From Anaeromyxobacteraceae bacterium (GTDB lineage Bacteria > Myxococcota > Myxococcia > Myxococcales > Anaeromyxobacteraceae): 64,000 nt of DNA. Numbering within the stretch: position 1 is the first letter of the stretch; each line of letters opens with the position of its first letter. The stretch lies in contig DASRRJ010000018.1 in assembly GCA_035656915.1 (NCBI GenBank), forward strand, positions 49,816 through 113,815. The letters are read 5' to 3'. The position numbers and the translations under genes are program-made. This document shows positions 25,843-35,837 of the stretch, one piece after another. The notes beneath the pieces are model-generated. The model ran no database searches, was not told the DNA's origin, and was given only the letters and a program-made list of their open reading frames with translations.

Positions 25843-26614
25843 CCCGCTGCTCCTGACGCTCGCCCAGGCGGCGGTGGCCGGAGCGGCGGCGCTGGCGGTG
25901 GCGCTGCTCGCCCGGGCGCGGCGCATCCACGTCGAGAAGGAGCTGGCGATCGCGCTGGTGCGCGGCCTGGCGCAGATCTCCGCCGTGGGATCGGTGCTGC
26001 TCCTCATGCTGAAGGGGCCGGGCTGGCTCGGGGCGCTGGCCCTCGCCGGGATGATGGTCGCCGCGGCGGCCACCTCGGCGCGGCGCGCGCGGCGGGTGCC
26101 CGGCGCCTTCAAGGTGTCGCTGCAGGCCATCGCCGCCGGCTCGGGCTCGGTGATCGCGCTCATGGCGCTCGCGGGGGTGATCGACACCGGCGTGGCGGTG
26201 CTGGTGCCGGTGGGGAGCATGCTCGTCGCCAACGCCATGAACGCCAACGGGCTCGCGCTCGATCGCTTCCGCTCCGACGTGGTGGCGCACCTGCGCGAGG
26301 TGGAGTCGGCGCTGGCGCTCGGCGCGTCGCCGGAGGTGAGCGTGGCTCCCTGGGCGCAGTCGTCCTTCCGCGCCAGCCTCATCCCGGCCATCGACAACCT
26401 GCGCTCGCTCGGGATCGTCTGGATCCCGGGGCTCATGACCGGGATGGTGCTCTCCGGCACGCCCCCGCTGCGCGCGGCGATCTACCAGTTCGTCACCATC
26501 GCCATGATCTTCGCGTCCTCGGGGGTGACCTGCCTCGTCGGCACCACCCTCATCCGCGCCCAGGCCTTCTCGCCGGCGGAGCAGCTGCTGCTCCGGCCGG
26601 GCGAGGGCCGCTGA
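25820..26614 (+). CDS. ABC transporter permease, FetB/YbbM (UPF0014) family (putative iron export)
   Basis: 264 aa with 7-8 TM helices. Its start overlaps the ATPase gene by 23 nt. The topology and length fit FetB-type permeases paired with FetA ATPases. Confidence 0.75.
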   Translation: MLKELVPDPLLLTLAQAAVAGAAALAVALLARARRIHVEKELAIALVRGLAQISAVGSVLLLMLKGPGWLGALALAGMMVAAAATSARRARRVPGAFKVSLQAIAAGSGSVIALMALAGVIDTGVAVLVPVGSMLVANAMNANGLALDRFRSDVVAHLREVESALALGASPEVSVAPWAQSSFRASLIPAIDNLRSLGIVWIPGLMTGMVLSGTPPLRAAIYQFVTIAMIFASSGVTCLVGTTLIRAQAFSPAEQLLLRPGEGR

Positions 26615-26617
26615 CGG

Positions 26618-27025
26618 TCAGCCGCGCCGCCCCCAGCGCCCGCGCAGCACCACCTGGTACTCGCGCACGTCCACGCCCTTCAGCGCCTCGACCTTGCGCA
26701 CGTCGAGCGCGTCCCAGGGCACGTCGTGGATGGCGCCGCTCGCCTCGTCCACGAAGTGGTGGTGCGGCCGCACGTTGGGATCGAAGACCACCTTGCCCTC
26801 GGCGATGACGAGCTGCTTCAGCAGCCCTCGCCGCACCAGCAGGTTGAGCGTGTTGTAGACCGTCGCGCGCGAGATGCGCGGGTTGCGCGCGGCGACCACC
26901 TCGAAGACCCGGTCGGCCGACGGGTGGGCGACGGTGTCGAGGACGTACTCCGCCACCGCCCGCCGCTGCGCCGACGGCTGGATGCCGTGGCGCGACAGGA
27001 GCTGGGCGGCGAGGGCGTGATCCAT
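26618..27025 (-). CDS. Fur-family transcriptional regulator (PerR/Fur-like)
   Basis: 135 aa. It has a winged-helix region (RATVYNTLNLLVRRGLLKQL) and a regulatory HHHF..E metal site. It is divergent from a rubrerythrin operon. Confidence 0.85.
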   Translation of the reverse strand: MDHALAAQLLSRHGIQPSAQRRAVAEYVLDTVAHPSADRVFEVVAARNPRISRATVYNTLNLLVRRGLLKQLVIAEGKVVFDPNVRPHHHFVDEASGAIHDVPWDALDVRKVEALKGVDVREYQVVLRGRWGRRG

Positions 27026-27131
27026 GGCTCTTCACCTAGGGACGATTCACGTCGATTTCAACGCGAGCGCCGGCCGGCGGCGATTCCGGCCTCCGACCCA
27101 AGCGGGCCTTTCGCGGGGTGGCGGAGACGAA

Positions 27132-27146
27132 TTAGACGCTGTCTAA
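27132..27146. promoter_or_regulatory. Perfect 6-3-6 palindrome TTAGACgctGTCTAA in the Fur-family/rubrerythrin divergent intergenic region; candidate operator
   Basis: Read directly in the sequence. It lies 36 nt upstream of the rubrerythrin ATG, in the only AT-richer stretch of the 156-bp intergenic region. Confidence 0.45.
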
Positions 27147-27181
27147 ACCGTAACATCCCCCACGAACCAAGGAGCGCGAAG

Positions 27182-27601
<420 letters not shown>

Positions 27602-27624
27602 CCGGGCCCCGGCGAGAGGTTCAC

Positions 27625-28992
27625 ATGAGCGGAGAGAGCGTGGAGCGGATCTCGTACCGGCCTACCGGGTGGCTCTCCTACGATCCGTCGGAGGAGAAGT
27701 ACTGGAGCGCCGAGGGGCTCCGGGCCGAGACGGTCCGGGCCTTCGAGATCTGTCACGGCTGCCGCATGTGCTTCAAGTACTGCGACAGCTTCCCCACGCT
27801 CTTCTCCCTCATCGACGAGCAGCACGGCGGAGACGTGCGCCGGCTCACCAACGGCGAGGTGGACCGGGTGATGGACGCCTGCTTCCAGTGCAAGCTCTGC
27901 GAGGTGCAGTGCCCGTACACCCCGCGGGACGGCCACGAGTTCCAGCTCGACTTCCCCAAGCTCGTGCACCGCCACGACGCGGTGAAGCTGCGGCGGCGCG
28001 GCCGGCCGACGCTGCGGGACCGCGTGCTGGGCGACCCGGACGGCGCCGGGCGGCTCGCGCGCGCCTCGCTCGGCCTCGCCAACGCGGCGAACCGCTCGCG
28101 GCCGCTGCGCGTGCTGATGGAGAAGACGGTCGGCATCCACCGCGACAAGCTCCTGCCCGACTTCGCCGCCCAGCCCTTCGACGACTGGGCCGAGGAGAAC
28201 GGGTGGGTGAAGGGCGAGCCCGGCGGCGAGGCGGTGCTCTTCCAGACCTGCTTCGTGCAGCACAACGAGCCGCAGCTCGGGAAGGACGCGCTGGAGGTGC
28301 TCGCCGCCTGCGGCGTCGACGCGCGGGTGGTGAAGGGGCTCGCCTGCTGCGGGATGCCGGCCTGGGAGCACGGCGACCTCGAGGCGCTCCGCCGCCAGGC
28401 GCGGCGGGACCTCGATCTCCTGCTCCCGTTCGTGAAGGCGGGGGCAAAGGTGCTGGTGGTGAACCCCACCTGCTCGATGATGATGCGCAAGGAGTGGCCG
28501 CACCTGCTCGAGGGCGCGGACCGGGCCCGGGCCGCCGAGCTCGCCGCGGCGGTGCGCGACCCCTCCGAGTTCCTCTGGACCTTGCGCGACGAGCCCCGCT
28601 TCGTGAAGAGCTTCCAGAGCGTGCCGCCGGGCGGCAAGGTGGCCTACCACGCCCCCTGCCACCTGCGCGCGCAGGGAGTCGGGTTCAAGGGGCGCGACCT
28701 GCTCCGGCGCATCCCCGGGGTCACCGTGGCCGCCACGGTGATGGAGTGCTGCGGCCACGACGGCACCTACGCCATGACCGTGGAGGGCTTCGGCCCGTCG
28801 CAGCGGGTGGGGAAGAAGGCCTTCGACGGCATGCGCGGAGCGGACGCCCGGGTCTGGGCCACCGACTGCCCGCTGGCGGCGCTCCAGTTCGCGCAGCACG
28901 CCGGCCGGCGGCCGCTGCACCCGCTCGCGATCCTGGCGCGCGCCACCCGCAAGAACGGCTTCGCCGACCTCGAGGAGGAGCGCCAGACATGA
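27625..28992 (+). CDS. (Fe-S)-binding oxidoreductase, GlpC/HdrD-like (2x[4Fe-4S] ferredoxin motif + two CCG cysteine-rich domains)
   Basis: It has [15 protein letters not shown] and [12 protein letters not shown] clusters. CCG-type motifs (CCGMP..., CCGHDG) typical of heterodisulfide-reductase-like proteins are also present. Confidence 0.8.
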   Translation: MSGESVERISYRPTGWLSYDPSEEKYWSAEGLRAETVRAFEICHGCRMCFKYCDSFPTLFSLIDEQHGGDVRRLTNGEVDRVMDACFQCKLCEVQCPYTPRDGHEFQLDFPKLVHRHDAVKLRRRGRPTLRDRVLGDPDGAGRLARASLGLANAANRSRPLRVLMEKTVGIHRDKLLPDFAAQPFDDWAEENGWVKGEPGGEAVLFQTCFVQHNEPQLGKDALEVLAACGVDARVVKGLACCGMPAWEHGDLEALRRQARRDLDLLLPFVKAGAKVLVVNPTCSMMMRKEWPHLLEGADRARAAELAAAVRDPSEFLWTLRDEPRFVKSFQSVPPGGKVAYHAPCHLRAQGVGFKGRDLLRRIPGVTVAATVMECCGHDGTYAMTVEGFGPSQRVGKKAFDGMRGADARVWATDCPLAALQFAQHAGRRPLHPLAILARATRKNGFADLEEERQT

Positions 28993-29540
28993 AGATCGCG
29001 CGCGCCGAGATCCTGCGGCTGGAGGAGTACGACGCCCTGCGCCCGGTGGTGCGGGCCGCGGTGCTGGAGCTGAAGCGGCCGCGGCGCGTCCACGCCGGCC
29101 CGCTCACCTTCCTCTTCGAGAACGCCGACACGGTGCGCTACCAGGTGCAGGAGATGGTGCGGGCCGAGCGCCTCTACCGCGACGCCGAGATCCAGCACGA
29201 GGTGGACACCTACAACGAGCTGCTCGGCGGCCCCGGCGAGCTCGGCTGCACGCTGCTCATCGAGCTCACCGATCCGGGCGAGCGCGACCAGAAGCTGCGG
29301 GCCTGGCGCGGGCTGCCCGAGCACCTCTACGCGAGGCTCCCCGGCGGCCGCCGCGTGCGTCCCACCTTCGACCGCCGGCAGGTGGGGGACGACCGGCTCT
29401 CGTCGGTGCAGTACCTCCGCTTCGCGCTCGGCGCCGAGGCGCCGGTGGCGCTCGGGTGCGACCTGCCCGGCCTCCCGCTGGAGGTGGCGCTCACCGAGGC
29501 CCAGCGGACCGCGCTGCGGCAGGATCTGGCGGCCTCCTGA
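28989..29540 (+). CDS. DUF3501-family protein
   Basis: The ATG overlaps the upstream stop as ATGA. 183 aa. [20 protein letters not shown]... and the overall pattern resemble DUF3501, which commonly sits next to Hdr-like Fe-S proteins. The assignment is from memory. Confidence 0.55.
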   Translation: MKIARAEILRLEEYDALRPVVRAAVLELKRPRRVHAGPLTFLFENADTVRYQVQEMVRAERLYRDAEIQHEVDTYNELLGGPGELGCTLLIELTDPGERDQKLRAWRGLPEHLYARLPGGRRVRPTFDRRQVGDDRLSSVQYLRFALGAEAPVALGCDLPGLPLEVALTEAQRTALRQDLAAS

Positions 29541-29549
29541 GCGTCCGCC

Positions 29550-30770
29550 TCAGCGCCAGCGCACCGTCCACATGTAGCGCGCGTAGGTGCCAGGCGGCTC
29601 GAGCCGGCCGTCGAAGATGGGCGAGAACCAGAGGAAGAGGGCGGCGCAGCCGGCCGCGAGCGCCGCCGCCGCGGGCCGCGCGGCGCGCTCCGGCAGGAGG
29701 CGCAGGAGCGCCCAGACCACCGCCGGCCCGAGCCAGAGCGAGGCGGGGTAGAAGTAATAGAAGATCTGCGCCCGCGGCAGCGCCGCCCAGAAGAGGAGCG
29801 GCGCCCAGTAGAGGAGGGCGAGGTGCCGGTCGGCGCGGGCGGCGCGCCGCCGCAGCGCGGCGAGCCCGAGCCAGAGGGTGGCCGGCAGGGCGCAGGCGAA
29901 GAGCAGCGGATTCCCGCCGGCCCAGACGTAGCGCTCGCCCGCCGCGGAGCGCTCGAAGTGGTACCAGGCCGGGCGCAGCAGGGTGGGCCACTCCCAGAAG
30001 CGCGAGTGGTACGGGTGGGTGGCGAGGTCCACCCGGCCGAAGCCGGAGAGCATGCGGAGCTGGTAGGCCGGGATGCCGGCGAGCGGGGTGGCGTCCCTCG
30101 CGAGCAGCGACAGCGGCAGGAACGGGACGACGTAGGCCAGGACGGCGAGGGCCACGCCGGCGAGGCGACGCCGAGGCGGCGCGTCCGACCAGAGCACGGC
30201 CAGGACGCAGAACGGGGCCGCCGACCACTTGCAGGCCATGGCGAGGCCGAGCGCGGCCCAGCCGAGCCACGGCCCCCACCCGGCCCCACCGCGCCGCACC
30301 CGGCGCAGCCCCGCCAGCGCGAAGCCGGCCGAGAAGGGCTCGAGCATGGCGGTGCGGCTCTGCACGAACCAGAGGAAGTCGACCGCGGTGAGCCAGACCG
30401 CCGCCTCCGCGGCCCAGCCGGGGAAGCCGAGGTCCCGCAGGAGCGCCCCCACCGAGAGGAGCGCCCAGAGCCCGAAGGCGGCGGTCACCAGCCGGTAGGC
30501 GGCCGGCTCCGAGGCGAGGTGGAGCCCCTCGGAGAGGACGCGCCCGCCGAGCCCCAGCAGCCACTTCGCGAACGGCGGGTGCTCCCAGTTGAGGTCGCCC
30601 GCGAGGTGGGCCAGCGCCTTCGCCGCTGGGACGTAATGGTTCTCGTCGAAGACCAGTCCGGGCGGGTCGGCGGCGTGGGCGGCGAAGAGCGCGCCGAAGG
30701 CGCCGACTACCGCGAGGGGTCCGGCTGCGCGGGCGAGCGTCGCCGGGACGGGCAGCGGGGGGCCGGCCAT
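29550..30770 (-). CDS. Polytopic membrane glycosyltransferase, GT39/PMT (dolichyl-phosphate-mannose protein mannosyltransferase)-like or ArnT-like
   Basis: The ORF was trimmed to Met23 (ATG at 30770). It has about 11 TM helices. An N-terminal DE motif in loop 1 (VFDENHYV) is typical of GT-C PMT-type enzymes. Confidence 0.6.
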   Translation of the reverse strand: MAGPPLPVPATLARAAGPLAVVGAFGALFAAHAADPPGLVFDENHYVPAAKALAHLAGDLNWEHPPFAKWLLGLGGRVLSEGLHLASEPAAYRLVTAAFGLWALLSVGALLRDLGFPGWAAEAAVWLTAVDFLWFVQSRTAMLEPFSAGFALAGLRRVRRGGAGWGPWLGWAALGLAMACKWSAAPFCVLAVLWSDAPPRRRLAGVALAVLAYVVPFLPLSLLARDATPLAGIPAYQLRMLSGFGRVDLATHPYHSRFWEWPTLLRPAWYHFERSAAGERYVWAGGNPLLFACALPATLWLGLAALRRRAARADRHLALLYWAPLLFWAALPRAQIFYYFYPASLWLGPAVVWALLRLLPERAARPAAAALAAGCAALFLWFSPIFDGRLEPPGTYARYMWTVRWR

Positions 30771-30828
30771 GCCGGGGAGTGTAGGCCGGCGGCCGGAGCG
30801 GCGCCCGGCCGTTAGACTCGGAGGCACC

Positions 30829-31929
30829 ATGCCCACCTTCCGCTACGCGAACCCGGACGTGATCCACTGGGGGCCGGGCTGTGTCCGCGAGCAGCTGGGA
30901 GAGGAGCTCCGGCGCGTGGGGGCGAGCCGCGTCCTCCTCGTCACCACGCGGAGCGCGGTCGAGGACCCGCGCCTCGCGCCCGCGGTCGAGGCGGCGATCG
31001 GGGCGCGGCTGGCCGGACGAGCCGTGATCGGGCAGCACGCGCCGGCGCGGGCGGTGGTGGAGGCGGTGGAGGCGGCCCGCGCCGCCCGGGCCGACGCGCT
31101 CGTCTCGCTCGGCGGCGGCTCGCCCATCGACGCCGCCAAGGCGGTGGCCTTCTCGCTCGCGAGCGGGCTCGACCTGGGGGCGCCCGACGCGCCGGCCCGC
31201 GCGCGCGGCGCGGCGCTCTCCGGGGCGCTGCCGCACGTCGCCATCCCCACCACGCTCTCGGTGGCCGAGCTGAACGCCGGCGCGGGCTTCAGCGCCGTGG
31301 GGACGCGCGAGAAGGTGGGGGTCTCCGCACCGCAGCTGCTCCCGGTGGCGGTGCTCTACGACGCCGAGCTGGCGGTGCGCACGCCGCTCCCGCTCTGGCT
31401 CTCGACCGGCCTGCGCGCCGTGGACCACGCCGCCGAGACGCTTTTGTCCGAGGGCGAGCACCCGCTGCCCGACGCCGCCGCGCTCGAGGGGCTGCGACGC
31501 CTCGCGGCCGCGCTCCCGGCGGCGCGCGAGCGCCCCGGCGACGAGGCCGCCCGCACCGAGGGTCAGCTCGGCGCCTGGCTCACCTACCTCCTCCCGGGCC
31601 CGGCTGCGCGCGGCCTCTCCCACCTGCTCGGGAAGCGGCTCGGGTCGCGCCACGGGATCGCCCACGGGGTGACCTCCTGCCTGCTCCTGCCGCACGTGCT
31701 CCGCTACCTCGCCCCGCGCGCCCCCGAGGTGATGGACCAGATCGCGGCGGCGCTCGGCGCGCTCGACGCGCCCGGCGGCGTGGCCGCGCTCGTCGCCCGG
31801 CTCGACCTGCCGCAGCACCTGTCCGCCTGGAACCTGTCCGACGACGACCTGGTCGAGGCGGCGCGGCCGCTCGCGAGCCCGGAGCGCCCGCTGGAGGATC
31901 TGGTGGGGATCCTGCGGGCGGCGCGGTAG
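30829..31929 (+). CDS. Iron-containing alcohol dehydrogenase family protein (maleylacetate reductase-like)
   Basis: GGAGG sits 7 nt upstream of the ATG at 30829. GGGSPIDAAKAVA, and HGIAHG... in the metal site, are Fe-ADH family motifs. Confidence 0.8.
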   Translation: MPTFRYANPDVIHWGPGCVREQLGEELRRVGASRVLLVTTRSAVEDPRLAPAVEAAIGARLAGRAVIGQHAPARAVVEAVEAARAARADALVSLGGGSPIDAAKAVAFSLASGLDLGAPDAPARARGAALSGALPHVAIPTTLSVAELNAGAGFSAVGTREKVGVSAPQLLPVAVLYDAELAVRTPLPLWLSTGLRAVDHAAETLLSEGEHPLPDAAALEGLRRLAAALPAARERPGDEAARTEGQLGAWLTYLLPGPAARGLSHLLGKRLGSRHGIAHGVTSCLLLPHVLRYLAPRAPEVMDQIAAALGALDAPGGVAALVARLDLPQHLSAWNLSDDDLVEAARPLASPERPLEDLVGILRAAR

Positions 31930-31951
31930 CGGCCAAAAACGTACCGGCCGC

Positions 31952-32887
31952 TCAAGCCGCGGTCGTCGCCTCCGCGAGCGACCGCCGCTCGGCGCGGAGC
32001 GCCTCGAGCGCCTCCTCCTCGCCGCAGGCTGCGAAGCGCACCGCGTCGCCGATCCTCGCCTGGGCCAGCAGGCGGAGGTCGGGGCCGATCACGGTGGCGA
32101 TCTTGGCGTAGCCGCCGGTGGTCTGCGCGTCGGCCATCATCACGATGGGCCGCCCGCTCCCGGGCACCTGGACCGCGCCGGGGCAGAGCGCGTCGGAGAC
32201 GATGTCCGGACCGCGGAGGTGGCGGATGGGCGGCCCCTCCAGCTGGTAGCCCATGCGGTCGTTCCGGTTGCCGACCTCATAGGCGGCGCCGAAGAAGGTG
32301 GCGAGCCCCTCGGAATGGAAGAGGTCGTCCTGCGGGCCAGGCAGCACGCGCAGCGTCACCGCGCCGCCGCAGGGCAGGACGAGGCCCGGGGCGAGCGCGC
32401 GAGGGCGCCGCCGCGCCCAGGGGGTCGGGCCGACCGGCAGGAGGTCGCCCGCGCGGAGCGCGCGCCCGCCGAAGCCGCCGAGCGCGCCGCGGACGTAGGT
32501 GGAGCGGCTCCCGAGCAGCGGCGCGACGTCGATGCCGCCGGCCGGCGAGAGGTAGGTCCGGCAGCCGTCGCGGGCGGCGCCGAAGGCGAGCAGGTCGCCC
32601 GCGAGCACCGGGAAGCCGGAGGCGGGAGCGACCGGCGTGCCGTTGAGCCGGGGCTGCATGTCGGCGCCGCAGACGCCCACGTAGCCGGGCCGCTCGAAGC
32701 GGAAGGTGCCGCCGAGCAGCGTCATCTCCAGCGCCGCCGCGCCGGGCGGGTTGCCGGCGAGCGCGTTCGCGAGCGCGAAGGCGAGCCGGTCCATGGCGCC
32801 CGCCACCGGGAGGCCGGAGGCGCGGTGACCCGGGCGCCCGGCGTCCTGGACCGTGGTGAGCAGGCCCGGCTTCAGCACGGCGATCAC
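31952..32887 (-). CDS. pxpC: 5-oxoprolinase subunit C (PxpC; allophanate hydrolase subunit 2 family)
   Basis: The ORF was trimmed to a GTG start that overlaps the pxpB stop (GTGA). It has the cyclophilin-like AHS2 domain (KPGLLTTVQDAGRPGHRASGLPVAGAMD). Confidence 0.8.
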   Translation of the reverse strand: MIAVLKPGLLTTVQDAGRPGHRASGLPVAGAMDRLAFALANALAGNPPGAAALEMTLLGGTFRFERPGYVGVCGADMQPRLNGTPVAPASGFPVLAGDLLAFGAARDGCRTYLSPAGGIDVAPLLGSRSTYVRGALGGFGGRALRAGDLLPVGPTPWARRRPRALAPGLVLPCGGAVTLRVLPGPQDDLFHSEGLATFFGAAYEVGNRNDRMGYQLEGPPIRHLRGPDIVSDALCPGAVQVPGSGRPIVMMADAQTTGGYAKIATVIGPDLRLLAQARIGDAVRFAACGEEEALEALRAERRSLAEATTAA

Positions 32888-33639
32888 GGCGGCGCCCCCA
32901 CGGCGTCCGGCTCGAGCTCCAGCGCCTGGTCGCCGGCCTCCGCCCGGGCCGCGAGCTTCCGGTACTCGCGCTCGGAGCACGGGCGGAAGCGCACTCGATC
33001 TCCGGCTGCCAGGAGGAACGGCGAGGGGGCGGCCGGGTCGAAGAGGCGCAGCGGCGTCCGGCCGATGAGCCGCCATCCGCCCGGGCTCTCGACGGAGTAG
33101 ATGCCGGTCTGGGCGCCGGCGATCCCGACCGAGCCGGCCGGAATCCGCGCGCGCGGCGAGTCGAGGCGCGGCGCGGCGATCCGCTCCGACATGCCGCCGA
33201 GGTAGGGAAAGCCGGGCGTGAACCCCAGCATGAACACCCGGTAGAGCGCGCCGGCGTGGAGCGCGATCACCTCCTCCTCGGAGATCCCGGCGTGCCGGGC
33301 GACGAACGCGAGGTCGGGACCGAGCTCGCCGCCGTAGGCCACCGGGACGCGGACCACCCGCCCGCCTCCAGGCGCCGCGCCGGCCCGCTCGAGCCCGGCG
33401 AGGAGCGCCTCGACGCTCGCCACCAGCCGCGCCCGCGGGAGCCGCAGCGGATCGAAGAGCAGGAGCAGGGAGCGGTAGGTCGGGACCAGCTCCTCGACGA
33501 GGTCCCCGAGCTCGCGGCGGACCGCGGCGGCGAGCAGGTGGACGCGCGCGTTCACCTGCTCGTCGATGCCGCTCCCGAGCTCCACCGCCAGCCCGCCCTC
33601 GCCGACGGTGAGGAACCTCGCCGGCGCCGGGCTCACCCG
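32884..33639 (-). CDS. pxpB: 5-oxoprolinase subunit B (PxpB; allophanate hydrolase subunit 1 family)
   Basis: The ORF was trimmed to a GTG start (VSPAPARFLTVGEGGLAVELG...). The AHS1 domain motifs RVVRVPVAYGGELGPDL and GFTPGFPYLGG are present. Confidence 0.8.
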   Translation of the reverse strand, partial: RVSPAPARFLTVGEGGLAVELGSGIDEQVNARVHLLAAAVRRELGDLVEELVPTYRSLLLLFDPLRLPRARLVASVEALLAGLERAGAAPGGGRVVRVPVAYGGELGPDLAFVARHAGISEEEVIALHAGALYRVFMLGFTPGFPYLGGMSERIAAPRLDSPRARIPAGSVGIAGAQTGIYSVESPGGWRLIGRTPLRLFDPAAPSPFLLAAGDRVRFRPCSEREYRKLAARAEAGDQALELEPDAVGAPP

Positions 33640-34412
33640 GCCGCTCCGGCCGCGGGGAAGGGCCGGACCGCGATGCCCTCGGCCGCGAGCCGCGCCCGGA
33701 TGGCGCGGATCGCCTCGACGGCGCCGGGCGTGTCGCCGTGCACGCAGACGGTGCCGGGCGACAGGGCCACCTCGCCGCCGTCGAGGGCGGCCACCGTCCC
33801 TTGCCGCACCATGCGCACCACCCGCTCCGCCATCTCCGACGGGTCCTCGAGCACCGCGCCCGGCTGCCCCCGCGGCACCAGGGTGCCGGCGCGGGTGTAG
33901 GCGCGGTCGGCGAAGGCCTCCTCCACGAACGGCTGGCCGGCGCGCCGGGCCGCCTCCACCTGCTCGGAGCGGCTGAGGCAGACGAGCACCAGCCCGGGGT
34001 CGACCGCCCGCACCGCCGCGGCGACGGCGTCGGCGACGCGCGCATCCACCGCCGCCAGGTTGTAGAGCGCGCCGTGCGGCTTCACGTGGCGCAGCGGCAC
34101 GCCCTCGGCGCGACAGAAGGCCCAGAGCGCGCCCACCTGGTAGGTGACGTCGTCGCGGATCTCCTCGGCGGACGCCGACAGCGCGCGCCGCCCGAAGCCC
34201 ACCAGGTCCGGGAAGGAGGGGTGCGCGCCCACGGCGACCCCGTGCCGCTTCGCCAGCCGGACCGTGCGCCGCATGGTGCCGGGGTCGGAGGCGTGGAAGC
34301 CGCACGCCACGTTGGCCGAGGTCACGAGGGGCATGGCCGCCTCGTCGCACCCGAGCGTCCAGGCGCCGAAGCTCTCCCCCATGTCGCAGTTCAGGTCGAC
34401 TTCCATCGGCAT
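33633..34412 (-). CDS. pxpA: 5-oxoprolinase subunit A (PxpA; LamB/YcsF family)
   Basis: MEVDLNCDMGESFG..., VACGFHASDP and HVKPHGALYN are diagnostic LamB/YcsF motifs. 259 aa. Confidence 0.9.
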   Translation of the reverse strand: MPMEVDLNCDMGESFGAWTLGCDEAAMPLVTSANVACGFHASDPGTMRRTVRLAKRHGVAVGAHPSFPDLVGFGRRALSASAEEIRDDVTYQVGALWAFCRAEGVPLRHVKPHGALYNLAAVDARVADAVAAAVRAVDPGLVLVCLSRSEQVEAARRAGQPFVEEAFADRAYTRAGTLVPRGQPGAVLEDPSEMAERVVRMVRQGTVAALDGGEVALSPGTVCVHGDTPGAVEAIRAIRARLAAEGIAVRPFPAAGAAG

Positions 34413-34416
34413 GAGA

Positions 34417-35682
34417 TCAGGCGAGCTCCCGCCCGCGCGTCTCCGGCAGCAGGTAGATCGAGGCGGCGCCGCCGGCGAAGGCCACCGCCAGGAAGGTGAG
34501 CGCGCCGCCGAGCCCGTAGGTCGTCGAGAGCGCGCCGACCACCGTGGGCGCGAGCGCGCTCAGCATGCGGCCGGCGTTGTAGCAGAAGCCCACCGCCGAG
34601 CCGCGCGCCTGGGTGGGGAAGAGCTCGGAGATGAACGCGCCGAAGGCGCTGAAGTAGCCGGAGCCGAAGAAGCCGACCAGCGGGCCGAGCAGCATGAGCG
34701 TGGTGACGTCGCGCGTGCTGCCGAAGAGCCAGACCAGCCCGGCCGAGGCGAGGAGGAAGACGGCGAAGGTGGGGCGGCGGCCGAAGCGGTCGGCGATGAA
34801 GCCGAAGCTCACGTAGCCGAGGAAGGCCCCGATCATCATGGGGATGATCCAGATGGGCGCCTTGGCGATGCCGAGCCCCGCGCCGCCCTTGGCGACCGGC
34901 ATGGCGAGGAACCCCGGCATCCAGGTGAAGAGCCCCCAGTAGGCGAACATCACGAACGCGCTGGTGAGGGTGCTGAGGAGGGTGAAGCGCAGGAGCGGCG
35001 GCCTGAAGATCTGGAAGAAGCCGAAGTCGGCCTTCTGCTCCGACGCCGCGGGCGCGCGCTTCGCGGCGAGCCAGATGGCCGGCTCCTCCACGCGGGTTCG
35101 GATCCAGAGCGTGAAGAGCGCGGGCAGGATGCCGACGAAGAACATGGCCCGCCAGCCGAACGCCGGGAGGATCGTCGCTCCGGCCGCCGCCGCCAGGATG
35201 TAGCCGATGGCCCAGCCGCTCTGCATGATGCCCACCGCCTTGCCGCGGTGCTGCGGCGGCCAGGTCTCGGACACCAGCAGAGCGCCGGAGGCCCACTCGC
35301 CGCCCATGCCCAGGCCGAGCACGGTGCGGGCCAGGGCGAGCTGGGTCAGGTTCTGCGCCAGTCCGGCGAGTCCCGAGCAGACGGAGAAGAGGAGCACCGT
35401 GATCATGAGCGCCTTCTTGCGCCCGATCCGGTCGGCCACCGCGCCGAAGAGGATCCCGCCGAACGAGGAGGCGAAGAGCGTCACCGAGACCATGAAGCCG
35501 GCCGTGGCGGGGGAGTTGCCCCACTCCTTCATGATGGTGGTGAGGCAGAACGAGTAGAGCATCACGTCGAAGGCATCGAGCGCCCAGCCCATCTGGCCAG
35601 CGACGAGGGCGTACCACTGCTTGCGGCTGATCTCCCTGTACCAGGGCGTGCCCGCGGGCGGGGCCAGCACCACTTCGCTCAT
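34417..35682 (-). CDS. MFS transporter (co-operonic with pxpABC)
   Basis: The ORF was trimmed to Met37 (ATG at 35682, CAGGAGA upstream). It has 12 TM helices. An MFS motif A (GAVADRIGRKKAL) is present. It stops 4 nt before the pxpA start. Confidence 0.8.
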   Translation of the reverse strand: MSEVVLAPPAGTPWYREISRKQWYALVAGQMGWALDAFDVMLYSFCLTTIMKEWGNSPATAGFMVSVTLFASSFGGILFGAVADRIGRKKALMITVLLFSVCSGLAGLAQNLTQLALARTVLGLGMGGEWASGALLVSETWPPQHRGKAVGIMQSGWAIGYILAAAAGATILPAFGWRAMFFVGILPALFTLWIRTRVEEPAIWLAAKRAPAASEQKADFGFFQIFRPPLLRFTLLSTLTSAFVMFAYWGLFTWMPGFLAMPVAKGGAGLGIAKAPIWIIPMMIGAFLGYVSFGFIADRFGRRPTFAVFLLASAGLVWLFGSTRDVTTLMLLGPLVGFFGSGYFSAFGAFISELFPTQARGSAVGFCYNAGRMLSALAPTVVGALSTTYGLGGALTFLAVAFAGGAASIYLLPETRGRELA

Positions 35683-35837
35683 CGGCGGTCTCCTGAGGCG
35701 GCGGTCGGGATCGAGTGCGGGGGCTGCGCGGCGTCTTCGCGGGGCGCTCGGGTGGGGTGGCCCCGAATCGGGCGCTACACCATCCGTCACCTTTGCAGGT
35801 TAGATGGAACCTTCCAAGCCCCCCTCTTTGGAGCCCT

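Noticed and set aside
35683-35837. TTGCA element upstream of the amidohydrolase-like gene (possible sigma54 -12 box)
   Set aside because: There is no TGGCAC -24 element at the right spacing.
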